Positions 27,595-47,129 of a stretch of DNA of 64,000 nt are shown piece after piece. Every line of letters begins with the position of its first letter. Positions within the stretch are counted from its first letter, which is position 1. The DNA is from the human T2T-CHM13v2.0 reference genome, Homo sapiens. The position numbers and the translations under genes are program-made. The notes under the pieces were generated by a model. That model saw nothing but the letters and a program-made list of their open reading frames with translations, was not told where the DNA came from and did not search any database. Location: the NCBI RefSeq assembly GCF_009914755.1, contig NC_060935.1. The stretch is one strand, 5' to 3'.

Positions 27595-28556
27595 ACAATC
27601 TGTAAGGCCCTTTTTACTCTGAGCTTAACCTACTGTGCAAACTTCATCTACCACCTCAAATACGCCCCAGCCACCCTGACCTCATCTGCCCCATCAAGCG
27701 AGCCAAACTTATTTCTGTTTTGGAGCATTTGGAGTTGTCATATCTCCTTATCTTAGAACACTCTTATCTTAGCTCTTCCAGTGACAATCCCCTTCTTGTA
27801 ATTCATCTCCTCAAATGTCACCTCCCCAGAGAGGCCTGTTACCTTTTTGTCAACAGCACTTATTTTCAGAAAACACTTGTTTATGCATATTAATTTTTTT
27901 CATGTATTTATTGTCTGCATTTTCTTTCTAGCATGTAAGCTGTTTGAAGCCGAGGACTTTGTCTGTTTTGTTCACTCCCAATAGATTCAGCACTTAGAAG
28001 AATGCCAGGCAGGCTTTCCCCACCAACCAAGATGGAATAACAGGGAAAAGACATACCCTTCTATCTTCAATAATTGGAAACCCAGACAAAGTTTATGAAA
28101 CGCTGGTTTTCAAGACATAGGACATCAGACAATCAAGGACAGTAAACACTGAGATGGGAAACAAACAAGGTGAGTACTGCAATTGCCCAACATTACTAGC
28201 TGGAAAGAGTTTCCCGACCATGGCAGAGGGAGGAGGATCCTTTGAGGTTCTGTGGTGTCCCTGAGTTGAGGAGACAAAGTTGAAATTCCAGAGTGGTCAA
28301 GGCAGCTGGAGTTTGTAGAGCAGAGTACCAGAAAGAAAATAGATGCACAGAGAGAACCTCAGAGATCTGCAAAAGATCTCAGCTCTTCAGCTGTGCACCT
28401 ATCAGTACATGCATGTGACAAAGCACCCCAAGGCCAGGGGAAGAATCACCTGAAAGTATGAAGAGAAGAATACTTGGAGCATATACAAACCAGGAATAAT
28501 TTCAGTTCTCACCAGCCAAATTGGAAGACCCCATAGATAACAGGCATTAGGTAGAG

Positions 28557-30097
<1,541 letters not shown>

Positions 30098-30112
30098 ACA
30101 AAAGGGTTTTGT

Positions 30113-32070
30113 CCCAGAAATAGACTCATACATATATGATCAGTGATTTTCAACAGTGGTACAAATGCAAGTCAGCGCAGAAAAAATAATCTCTTCAACA
30201 AATGGTGCAGGAACAATTGGATATCCATAAAATGAACTCGGATCCACGCTTTGCACCATATGCAAAAATTGACTCAAAATAGGTATAGGTCCTAGACCTA
30301 AATGTAACAACCTGAAACTCTAAAATTTCTCAGGAAAAAAATGGGATAAAATCTTTGTGGTCTTGGATTAGGCAAAGATATTTTCTTGTGTTTGTGGGTA
30401 AAGAAACCTTTAATGAGGGTTCAAGGTGTAAGAGGAGGACCTTGTAGAGAGCCAGCGCTTAGCCCCAGCCTCCTCATATGCACATGGCTCTGTAGAGGTT
30501 CTCCAGACAGTGCTGCTGCTGCTGTTTCGAGCCTTATCTCCTCTGTGCTCCTCACAAGTGTCGTTAACAGCGGGCAGCTCCTGGCAGCACAAGGGACAGG
30601 GATTTGTCTTGCTTAGCCGGGGCAAAATGCAGTTAGAATGGAAAAGCTAATGGCAAGGCATCCCAACAACAGCCTCCTCCTCCTCAAGCACATGGGGCAC
30701 TTGTGTGTGCCTCTCAGCCTGAGAGCTCCTGATGACTGTCCTGGGGAGGTTCCCAACCACACTGTCTTGGCAGCTGGTGGAGGCAGGTGGTGATTCCAAT
30801 TTACTGCCATCCCCGAGTCTTCAAAATCCATCCTATTGAAAAGTGATCTGGTGAGCTCCAGCAGCATGTGGGTTAGGGTCTCCTGCTTGGGGTTCAAGAG
30901 CTTGCAGTCCTGTTCATTGAAATAGGCTGTCATGGCTGCTCAGCTCTCTGACATATCTCTCAGACTGGCAAAGATATTAGGTCTGATACCAAAAGTACAA
31001 TCCATAGAAGAAAAAGGATGGATACATTGGACTTCATTAAAATTAAGAATGTTTTCTCCTTGAAAAATAATGTTAAGAGAATAAGAAGATAAGCCACAAA
31101 CTCGGAAAAAAAGTAATTGTAAATTACATATCTGATAAAGTACTTGTACCCAAAATATGCACAAGAATCTCAAAACTCAATAATAAGAAAACAATCCAAT
31201 TTAAGAAATTATTTTAACATACATTTTACAAAAGAGGATATATAGATAGCAAATAAGCCCACAAAAAGATATTGAATATTATTGACCATTGGGAAAATGC
31301 AAATTAAAACAAAATGAGATACCATTACACACCTATTAGAATGTCTAATATTGAGAAGACTAATCATACTAACTGATGAGGATTTGGAGCAACTGGAACT
31401 CTCAAACCCTGCTGATAGATAAATGCACAACCACTTTGGAACAGTTTGGTAGTTTTTTAAAAAGTTAAACATACATCTGCCTTATGCCCCAGCCATACAA
31501 TTTTTAGACATTTCTCAAGGAAAATGAAAGCATATGTTCATTCAGAGATACACATGCATATTCATTGCAGCTTTATTTGTAACAGCCAAAAACTGGAAAC
31601 AGCCCAAATGTCCAGCAACAAAAGAATGGATAAACAAATTGTGGTATATTTACTACCTAGCAGTTGAAAGAAATAAACCTCTGACACACACAAGCTGGAT
31701 TAAAAAAGAAGAGGAAATGAATTATTGATACATATAATAAAGATTACTCTCAAAATAATTATGGTAAGTCAAAGAAGTCAGACCATGCTCCCTAAGAGTA
31801 TATACTTCATGATTCAATTTCTGTACAATTCTATAAAATGCAAATTAATATATGATAACAAAAAGTGATTGCCTGGAAATGGTGAGAGGACAGAGGGGCC
31901 AGAATCAGCCAGGATTACAAAGATGCACAAGGAAACTTTTGAGGGTGGTGGATATCTTGAGTGTGGTGATAGTTTTACAGTTGTATGCCTATGTTAGAAG
32001 CTATCAAATTGTACACTTTAAGTATGTACACTTTGTTGTATATTAATTATGCCTTAATAAAGTTATTATA
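30113..32070 (+). mobile_element. Old L1M 3' region (host of the RNF181 retrocopy)
   Basis: ORF2 C-terminal pieces (FIAALFVTAKNWKQPKCP...WINKLWY) and an L1 3' UTR ending AATAAAG. Confidence 0.85.
30383..30966 (-). pseudogene. RNF181 processed pseudogene
   Basis: ATG at 30933: [33 protein letters not shown]...[11 protein letters not shown], then after frameshifts [13 protein letters not shown]...EEHRGDKAR...ENL..AM..* (stop 30476-30474). Intronless, with ATTAAA at 30414-30409, a decayed A tail and 12-bp TSD GGCAAAGATATT (30371-30382 / 30967-30978). Confidence 0.92.
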
Positions 32071-32249
32071 AAAAGTAGTTCCAGGCAATACTAGACACTC
32101 AATAAACATTTGTAAACTAGTCGTTGACTTTCTTGGACTGTGACTTGTTAGCAGTTAGGGATTGATTATTCTGTACATGTTTATGTAATACCTGGCAAAA
32201 TACCATGCTGGAGTAAGTGCTCAATAAATGCTATTTTAAGAATGTTATC

Positions 32250-32564
<315 letters not shown>

Positions 32565-32733
32565 TTACATATCCATCAAATTCATGTCATTTAAGTGACA
32601 CTAAAGATAATATATTTTTTCTGACAAAATGTTTAACTTCATTAGCAATTTAAAAATACAAATTAAAATAATGAAATACTGTTTTTAACCTTTCAGTTTG
32701 CAAATAATTTTAAATGATAGAATAAGCATGTTA

Positions 32734-33062
<329 letters not shown>

Positions 33063-33517
33063 AGAGCATTTTATCGTACCTACTTGACAAGAGATTGGGA
33101 AAATAGGTGCTCTCTCTCACTCTACTAATAAGATGTAAACTGGGAGAAATTTTCTGTTGGACAATTTTAATAAATATCAAAAGCTTCAACAACATGAAAG
33201 CCCTTTGATCCAACTGTCCCACTTCTAGAAATGTATGCTAAGAAAACAAGACTGCACACAAAGATTTAGTCACTAGATTGTTCAGCACGATACTGTTGAT
33301 GATGTCAAAAATTAGAATTGACCTACAAAGCCAGCAGTAAGAGACTGGTTAATAAACACTGCTGTATTCATTCCATGAAATACTATTCTGACATAAAAAA
33401 TGGTATAGTAAATGAACTAACTTAGTTCAAAATAACAGGTTTGTTTAAGCCAGTTGTAGTCTGTAGTCTCAGCTATTCGGGAGGCCAGACTGGGCAACGT
33501 AGTGAGACCATGTTCCT

Positions 33518-33860
<343 letters not shown>

Positions 33861-33869
33861 AATAATAGG

Positions 33870-35005
33870 CTTGTTAAAAGAATGAAAAGACAAGCCACAG
33901 ACTGGGAGAAAATATATGCAAAATACAAATCTGATAAAGGACTTGCATCTAAAATACACAATGAACTCTTAAAACTCAACAATAAGAATTACAAATAATT
34001 CAATTTCCTAATATAAGCAAAAGATCTATACAAAGATGATAAACAGATGAAAACTATGAACATGGAAAGATGTCATTAGGGATTGGTATACTGAAACAAC
34101 AATGAATTACCACTATACGCCTATTAAAATGAGTAAAATGCAAAACATTTTACTCATTTTGCATTTGACAACACCCAACGCTGACAACACCCAACGCTTT
34201 ACATTTTACTCATTTTGCACTGACAACACCCAATGCTGGCGAGGATGTGGAGCAACAGGAGCTCTCATTCATGGCTGGTAGAAATGCAAAATGTACAGTC
34301 ACAAAGCTAACATGGTCTTACCACGTGATCCAGCAATAGTGCTTATGTCCACACAAAAACTTGAACATGAATTTTCAAAACAACTTTACTCGTAGTTACC
34401 AAAACCAGAAAGGAAGGAAGATGTCCCTTAATAGAAGAGTGGATAAACAAACTGTGGTATACTCACACAATGGAATAGTATTTGGTAAAAAGAAATGAAC
34501 TAACAAGCCGTGAGAAAACATGAGAGAAACTTAAATACATATTCCTAAGTGAGAGAAGCCAGTCTGAAAGACTATGTTTCCTGCTAGATGACATTCCGGA
34601 AGAGGTAAAACTATAAGGACAGTAAAAAGACCAGTGGTTACCATGGGGGAGGAGGAGAGGGATTAAGGGATAGAGCACGGGAATTTTAGGACAGTAAAAC
34701 TCTTCTGTATGATACTGTAATGGCGGATATGTAACATTATGCATTTGTTAAACCCCATAGCATAGAACTATACAACCCAAAAAGTGAACCCTAATGTAAA
34801 TGATGGATCTTAGTTAATACTAATGTATCAATATTAGTTCATCAATTGTAACAAAGGTACTATACACTAAAGCAAGATGTTAATAATAGGGGAAACTGTG
34901 GGGTGCCGGGTGGGGGGTGTCGGGGAGGGACTCTACTGCTGCTCAATTTTTCTATGAATTCAAAACTGCTCTAAGAAATAAAGCTTATTAAAATGTTTTT
35001 TTAAA
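33870..35005 (+). mobile_element. L1MC-type 3' end
   Basis: GAGGATGTGGAGCAACAGGA.CTCTCATT and GTGAACCCTAATGTAAA motifs. Confidence 0.85.
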
Positions 35006-36460
35006 TAGCCCTACATTTGTTAATTCGAAAAAGGGCTGAAACAAATATGCAACTGGTTTAGTACTGGCTAGACTGAATGCTGGTTTTTTGTTTTGTTGTT
35101 GTTTGTCTTTGTTTTCTTACGGAGAAAGAAGTGATGGTCTTGTGATTTTTAAGAAAGGAAAATCAGTTGTTCAAAAAAGAAGTATTGGAAGAAATCATGC
35201 AATAGTGTTTCCTCCCTTCCATGGTGCAGCCCACCCTGGGCCACTGTAACACTGAAGGTAGTCTGTGTCACATTTGTTGCCCAGTGGGGACATAATGCCT
35301 ACCTCATGGGAAAGAATGAGGCATAAATAAGGTAATTCATGAAGGGTACTTTGCATGGAGCCTGGTACTGCTAAACACAATGAAAGATCACTGATGCTGT
35401 TTCCTCTCATCTGCATGGAAGGGCTCCCATCCCCAAACCCACTCCTATCTAACACTGACAGCCTTGTCACACTATATAACTTGGAACCACCAGTAGCAAT
35501 CTCATCATGCCCTTTTACCCATTGAAGAGACTCACCATGAGAAGCCCAAGAATCTGAGGACACTCTAAATGTTCTGGAATTTAGTAACCAAGAGACTCTG
35601 TAAATTCTCTTTTCCAACTCTGTTACTCACCCCTTCCAAAATCCTCTGGTATTCAGGGTAGGCGATTAAAAAAAAAAAAATCCCTATGTCCTCAATCTCT
35701 TATCTGATCATTCTTTACACTTTCTGGCTCTTACTCAAACTTGGCTGTCTCATTTCCCCCTCAGCCCTTGTAAGTGAGGGCTATTACTTCTCAGCTCACT
35801 GGTTCCTTCCTTTCTTTGTAGTATCCATTTGGCAAAACCACAATCCTGTTTAAATCCAGCTGTCTCCCTATGTCACACCTGCACCATGTAACTGCTTATG
35901 GCTAGAAAAAACCCACAAAACTATGCCAACTGGTCTTCCTTTCAATTAGATGTGACCACAGATTTCAAGTGAGCTCTTAATGTGGCTCAGCAACCATTTC
36001 GTTTCTCGTATTAATTCATTCTCTCACTCTCCTATAGAACTATGTTATGCCTTTGGCCACCTCAAACTGAAAATCTCTTTCTCCAATCTTCGTTCTTAGC
36101 TCATCGTCTTTCTTCCTGTTTCACTGAAAAAGAAATGGAAAGGATTAGAATCAAAGCTCCCAACACATTTACTTACCTACATGGTGTACCTCTAGTTAGT
36201 GCTAATTAGTCTGTACTTTTAGCTAAGATCAATGCCTCTGCCTAAGCACTAAATGCTATCATCTCTACCTACAAGGACATTGTTCCAGAAAGTTTCTCTT
36301 CTAACTCCTTCAGCAGCAGTTGTTTTCCCCTTGTATTGGATCATTCTTATCAGTATATCATGCTTTCATTATTTTTGTCTCATTAAAAAAAATCTCAAAA
36401 CCTACCCTCTTCCTCCAGCTACTGTCCAATTTCTCTCCCTTTAAAAAGAGATAGAGCACA

Positions 36461-36754
36461 GCCAGGCACGGTGGCTCATGCCTGTAATCCCAGCACTTTG
36501 GGAGGCCAAGGCTGGAGGATCACCTGAGGTCAGGAGTTGGAGACCAGCCTGGCCAACATGGCGAAACCCCGTCTCTACTAAAAATACAAAAATGAGCTGG
36601 GCGTGGTGGCACGTGCCTGTAATCCTAGCTACTTGGTAGGCTGAGGCAGGAGAATTGCTTGAACCTGAGAAGCGGAGGTTGCAGTGAGCCAAGATTTGTG
36701 CCACTGCACTCCAGCCTGGGCGACAGAGTGAGACTCCATCTAAAGAAAAAAAAA
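36461..36754 (+). mobile_element. AluS
   Basis: Dimeric Alu. Confidence 0.95.
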
Positions 36755-38283
36755 GATATAGCTACTTTATTAAATTTTTTAATATTTTATTTTTTCTTTA
36801 TTAAACCATATAATTGGCCAACTTAAAGTGTACATTTTGATGATTTTTAATACCTTCACAGAGTTATGCAACCATCACCGTGATCAACTTTAGAATATTT
36901 TCATCATCACCCAAAGAAATGCCATACCCATTAGCTATCACTCCCCATTTCCTCCCACCACCCCAGCCTTAAGCAACAACTAATACATTTGCTCTTCCTA
37001 TAAATTTGTCAATCCTGAATGTTTAATGTGAATGGAATCATATAATATGTTGGTTATTGTGACTGGCTTCTTTTATTTAGCTTAACGTTTTCAAGGATCA
37101 TCCATATTGTAGCATAAATTAGTAATTCATCCTTTTTTATTGCCAACGAATACTCCATTGTATGGACAAACCACATTTTATCTGTTCATCAGTTGATGGC
37201 CATTTGGGTTGTTTCTTCTTTTTGGCTATTATGAATAATATTGCTATGCATATTCATGTAGAAGAAAAATTTTTTGAGACTCTGTTGCCCATGCTGGAGT
37301 TCAGTGGCATGGTCATAGCTCACTGCAACCAACCAACTCCTAGGCTCAAGCTATCCTCCCACCTCAGTCTCCTGAGTAGCCAAGACTACAGGCACAGGCT
37401 ACCACACCCAGCTAATTTTTAAATTTTTTTGTAGAAACAGGGTCTCATTATGTTGTCCAGACTGGTCTCAAACTCCTGGCCTCAAGAGATTCTCCCACCC
37501 CAGCCTCCCTGAGTTGCTGGAATTACAGGGGTGAGCCACCATGCCTGGCTGTCTTTCACTTTCTTGATAACATCACTTGAAGCATAAGTTTTAAATTTTG
37601 ATGAGTCACCTAATTATTTAATTTGTCATTTGTGCCTTTGCTGTCAAATCTTAGAAGTCTATGACTAACCCAAAGTCACAAAGACTTACTCCTATATTTT
37701 CTTTGAAGACTTTGAGAATTTTAGCTCTTACACTTAGGTTTATAATTCATTTTGGGTTAATATTTGTGTACGGTATGAGGGAGAGATCCAACTTTCTTTT
37801 TCTTTTTCTTTTTTTTTTTTTTTTTTGCATTTGGATATCCAGTTGATCCATCACTGTTCATGAAAAGGACTATTCTTACTCAATTGAATTGACCCCCTTG
37901 TCAATTCATTGTAAACGTGAGGATTTACTTCTAGACTCTCATCTGGTCCATCAATATATATCTATCCCTATGCCAGTACTACACTATCTTCATTACTATA
38001 GCTTTATAGTAAGTTTTAAAATTATGAAGAATGAGTTATCCAACTTTGCTCTTTTTCAAGACTGTTTTGGCTATTCTGGGTCCCTTGCATTTCCATAGAT
38101 ATTTTAGCATCAGCTTATTAATTTGTGCAAAAAAAAAAAAGCCAAAAGCTAGGATATTGATGGGATTGCATTGAATCTGTAGATCAGTTTGTAGAAGGGG
38201 AGTACTGACATCTGCTATGGTTTGAATATGTGTGTTTCCTAAAATTCATATAATAGAACCTAAGATCCAATGTGATTACATCA

Positions 38284-39262
<979 letters not shown>

Positions 39263-39274
39263 AAAAGAGGTGGA

Positions 39275-41569
<2,295 letters not shown>

Positions 41570-43304
41570 CTGGAGCCTTTAGGAGGTCATTAAGTCACAA
41601 AAGCAGTGGGATTAGTACCCCTATACAAAGGCTGGAGGGAACTACTAGATGCTTTTGCCTTTCCACCTTTGCCGTGTGAGGACAGAGCAGTCACTCTCTC
41701 TGTCTTGTGAGGATGCAGCAACAAGGCACCATCTTGGAAGCAGACAGCAGCCCTCATGAGACACCGAACCTGCTGGTGTCTTGATCTTGAATTTCCCCAC
41801 CCTCCAGAACTGTAAGAAATAAATGTATATTCTAATTGCCCAGTCTGTGGTATTTGCTTATAGCAGCACATACAGACTAAGATACCATCTTAACAATATT
41901 AAGTCTTCCTATCAGTGAACATAAAATATCTTTTGATATATGGAGGTCTTCTTAATTCCTTTTAATAATGTATGTGGCAATCTTGAACTTCATTTGTCAA
42001 ATATATTCTTAAGTATTTGATTCTTTTTGATGTTACTCTAAATGGAATTATTGTCTTAATTTCACTTTCAGATTGTTCATTGCTAGTGTATGGAAATACT
42101 ATTGATGTGTGTAATTGATCTTGTAGCCTGTGACCTAGTTGAACTTGTTTATTAATGCTAATATTTTCAGTGAATTCCTTATGATTTTCTATATACAAGA
42201 TCATGCCATCTAAGAAATAGAGAGAGTTTTATTATTTCTTTCCAATCTGGTTATTCTTTACTTCACTGCACTGCTTAAATTCCCGGACTAGATCCTAGAA
42301 TACAATGTTGAATAGCAGTGGCAAGAGCAGATATCCTTGTCTTATTTCTGATCTTAGAGAGAAAGCATTCAGTATTTTGCCATTAAGAATGATGTCAGCT
42401 GTGGATTTTGTTAGTAGATGTCCTTTATCAGGTTTAGGAATTTCCCTACTATGCCTAGTTTGCTGCGTATTTTTATTGCTAAGGGACATTGGGGTGTTGG
42501 TTTTTCAAATGCTTTTTCAACCTCTATTAAGATGATCATGTGATTTTTGTCCTCTTTTCTATTAATATTGTATAGTGGATGGATTACATTAAATGACTTT
42601 CATATGTTAAAACGACCTTGCATTTTTGGGATAAATTCCACTTGGTCATGGCATATAATCCCTTTTATATGTTGCTGGATTCAGCTTGCTAGTATTTTGT
42701 TGAGGATTTTTACATCTCTATTTGCACTCAACTGTTAGGTTCCACTAATTGCCAACAAATTGCTCTACTGTCTTATGCTATAACCTGGGGTGTAAATTGC
42801 TCGGTAATCTAATCCACTAAATTTGGGCCCCTTTGCAGGGGTAGTTTTGAAAGACACTCTTTGAGGTTTGTCTTGACCCCAGGAAGGCTGTTCTTTGCTG
42901 TCTTTTCCCCTGGTTCTCTCTGGTACACTAGTCAGCCTACAGTTTAGCTTATTGTTCTCATAGAGCTACCAGCCTTCTTTTAATAGCTTACCACCAGCAT
43001 CTTCGTTGTTTTGAAAAAGTGCCCCTAGGCTTGAACTTCCCTACACTTGGTTCCAAATAAAGTCAGTTCCCTTGGGGAAAGCATAGGTGCTCTTTGCTCT
43101 TATGGCCTACTTTTCTTCTGTGCAAAATCTCGGTACTACTGCTTCCAAGTTGGTGGCAGGGACAGTGGCCTGCTTGTTTCAGAGTGACCTGCAGGGCACG
43201 TCATGGAGGTGGTCAGCCTCTGGTCTTTTTGTCTCGCCTTTCCTCATGTGGAACCTCTGCCCTCTGAGTGAACTAGGGTTAGGGCGATTGGGGCCCCAGT
43301 ATTA

Positions 43305-44310
<1,006 letters not shown>

Positions 44311-44754
44311 TTATTGGCTTGCTACTCCTGGATAGAGCCTCTGACCTAAAATGGGATCTGGATGAAGAAAGAGAGTTCCTAACCTCTTGGGAGCACCTCC
44401 CTGGAATTTAGCCTCTGCAACATAGAGTTTGGGGGTATGAGAAATGCCCCTAACAGGGAGATAGCACAGTGCTTGGCTGGGAGCCCTGTCTTCATGGCTG
44501 CAGCTACCCAGAGTGGAGCATCTATGCTGCTGAGCTGGGGGAAGTGGGCAAGAGAGGGAGCAGATAGTAGCTTAAGTGCCACAGACTCTTCCTGTTCTTA
44601 CCAAGATTTAGTAGAGTTTCTTGAATAAATGTTTCTTCATTTACTGCATGCCCTTAGGACAATTTCCAGGGACTTTAAAAGGTTGTTATTTTTAAAAATA
44701 ATTTCACCAGTTACAGTTGTTTTGTTGGGGAGAGGGTCTTTGAGCTCCTCACAT

Positions 44755-45093
44755 TGAGACAGCCGAGTATAAAGGGGTCACCAGAGAACCTCCAACTGAT
44801 CTGGGCACTGGCAGGAGTGCTCACTGGGGTGGAGCCTTGGGAAGTTCACTCAGTTTGCAGAGGGAAGGAGCCTGGCCTCTCCTGTTCTGGGTGGAACCTG
44901 GGATTCAATCTGTGAGGTGGGAAGACTACTAGCAGGACACTTGCTCTGCCAAGTCCCTGTTTCCTTTTTTTTCCTTTTCACCCAATAAACCCTGCCCTTC
45001 TCACCCTTCAAAATGTCTGTGAGCCTAATATATTTCATGGTCGTGTGACAAGGACCCCGTTTTTACCTGAACTAAGGAGAAAGTCCTACAACA
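44755..45093 (+). mobile_element. MER61-family solo LTR
   Basis: TG...CA termini, AATAAA, end motif GAACTAAGGAGAAAGTCCTACAACA and perfect TSD ACAT. Confidence 0.8.
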
Positions 45094-45512
45094 ACATTGC
45101 CTTTCCAGAAATGATTATTCTTCTCTTTTAACCAAAACTTCTTGAAAGCCTGATTAGTACTTTATGCTCAATTCCTGTCTCCTCCCCACCCGCAAATTCT
45201 TTTTTGAGTCAACACCGCCCATCAGGCTTTAACCCTCCATGAACCCTAGTGCTCCCATCAAGGTCACCAATGCCTTCCACATGGCTAAATCCAATAGTCA
45301 AGTCTCATTTTCATCTTATCTGACCAGCCAGCAGTATTTGACATGCGTGGTCTCACCTTTCTCTTTGACACACTGTCTTCACTTTGTTTTCAGGACACTA
45401 TGCTCTCCTAGTTCCTAGCTTTACTTCTATCAATATATCATTTTACTTCTTAGTCTCCTTTGCTGGTGCCTCAGAACCTGTCCTTCGATCTCTTCTTTTT
45501 AACTACATTTAT

Positions 45513-46143
45513 TTCAACCAAAAGAGTCAAACTCTGTAAAATATTTGAAGAGATTTATTCTGAGCCAAATATGCATAACCATGGCCCATGACACAGCTCT
45601 GAAGAAGTCCTGAGAACACGTGTCCAACATAGTTGGGGTACAGTTTGGTTTCATGTATTTTAGGGAAACGTGAAACTGCAATAAAATATGTTTAAGAAAT
45701 ACATTGGTTTGGTCCAGAAAGGCAGGACAACTTAAAGCTGGGTAGGGTGGCAGGAGTCGGGGGATGTTGGGTGGGGGATCTTTCAGGTTATAGGTAGATT
45801 TAAAATTTTCTGGTTGACAACTGGTTGAGTTTATCTAAAGACCTGGGATCAATAGAAAGGAAATGTCTGGGTTGCAATAAGAGGTAGTGGAGACTGAAGT
45901 TTAATCGTGCAGATAAACCCTCCAGGTAGCAGGCTGCAGACAGAATAGATTATAAATGCTTTTTATCAGACTCAAAGGTCAGTATTGATATTAATGTCGA
46001 AGAGGTATAATGAGGCATGTCCGGCCCCCACTTTCCATCATGTCCTGAACCAGTCTCTCTGGTTAAGTTTTAAGAATGCCCTGGCTGAGGGGAAAGTCCA
46101 TTCAGATGGTTGAGAGGCCTTAGAATTTTATTTTTGGTTTACA
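45513..46143 (-). mobile_element. MER4-family LTR
   Basis: AAAAGAGTCAAACTCTGTAAAATATTTGAAGAGATTTATTCTGAGCC ... TTTTGGTTTACA. Confidence 0.85.
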
Positions 46144-46443
46144 CTTACTTCCTTGATGATCTTGTAACTGAGCAGCTTGGCTTCAAATTGCATGTTAAAA
46201 CTTTGTTTCCTTTCCTCCTTTCTCCCCAATCTGAAGATATAACTTTGAGACAAACTGCATATGTGTTTCCTTTCATCTTGAAATACAGCCTTGAAATGCG
46301 CTGTGATTCTCCACTCCCTTCCCTTTCCCATTTTATGTTCCCATGCTTTATGCACCTTTGTTTACCCAGATGCTTGTTAAACACACACCATACTCACTTA
46401 TCTGGCCATATATTTGTTTAAAAGCTTCAGGGGAGGGATCCTG

Positions 46444-47122
46444 ATGTTACAGTAGGTAGTCAGACAGACATGAGCGGCGTTGGGGAGACCCACCCCACCA
46501 GCCACAACAGGAATGTCTAGGCGACCATCATGTGATGGTCAGGTGGTTGTCACACTGTCTGTCTCACTGTCACACTGCCTGGAGCCAGGGAAAGGCAGTC
46601 TCCCAATAGATAGAAAGACCTGGAAACATTGCCATTCCAGGTTAACTTGCTGAGAAGCTGACCAGCTTCCTGATAAGATCTCAGGAGTTGGGCAAGTAGG
46701 CTCAAGCCTGCTCACTAAGAGGCAAAATGGCAGAGTTTAACTGGTGTATGACTTTGTTATAGGAACACTCAACTGGTAAGGGAAGAATGCCTCAAGTGAG
46801 CACGTGCACAACTTCAGTAAACATACTGTGCATGTGGCCCCTCCCAGCTGCTGGCAGGCCACCGCACACACGGAATGCCAATGTATAAAACCCCAGGTCA
46901 AAGGTTAAACCATGCACTTGATCTCTCAAGTCGCCCACTTGGCCCTCTTCTGAGTGTACTTCCTTTCATTCCTACTCTAATAGTTTTAAATAAACTTTCA
47001 CTCTGGATCTAAGACTTGCTTTGGTCTCTCACTCTGCCTTATGCCTCTTGGTTGAATTCTTTCTTCTGAGGAGGCAAACATTGAGGTTGCTGTAGACCCC
47101 TATGGATTTGCCACCACTAACA
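46444..47122 (+). mobile_element. MER50-family LTR, preceded by another unclassified LTR piece (about 46164-46443)
   Basis: TGTTACAGTAGGTAG.CAG.CAGACATGAGC ... GCCACCACTAACA, with TATA and AATAAA. Confidence 0.8.
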
Positions 47123-47129
47123 TGGATAT

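Noticed and set aside
34126-34240. CRISPR-like repeat-spacer pattern (also 40143-40205 and 52894-53003)
   Set aside because: Only 2-3 copies, no unique regular spacers, no cas genes, and a mammalian context.
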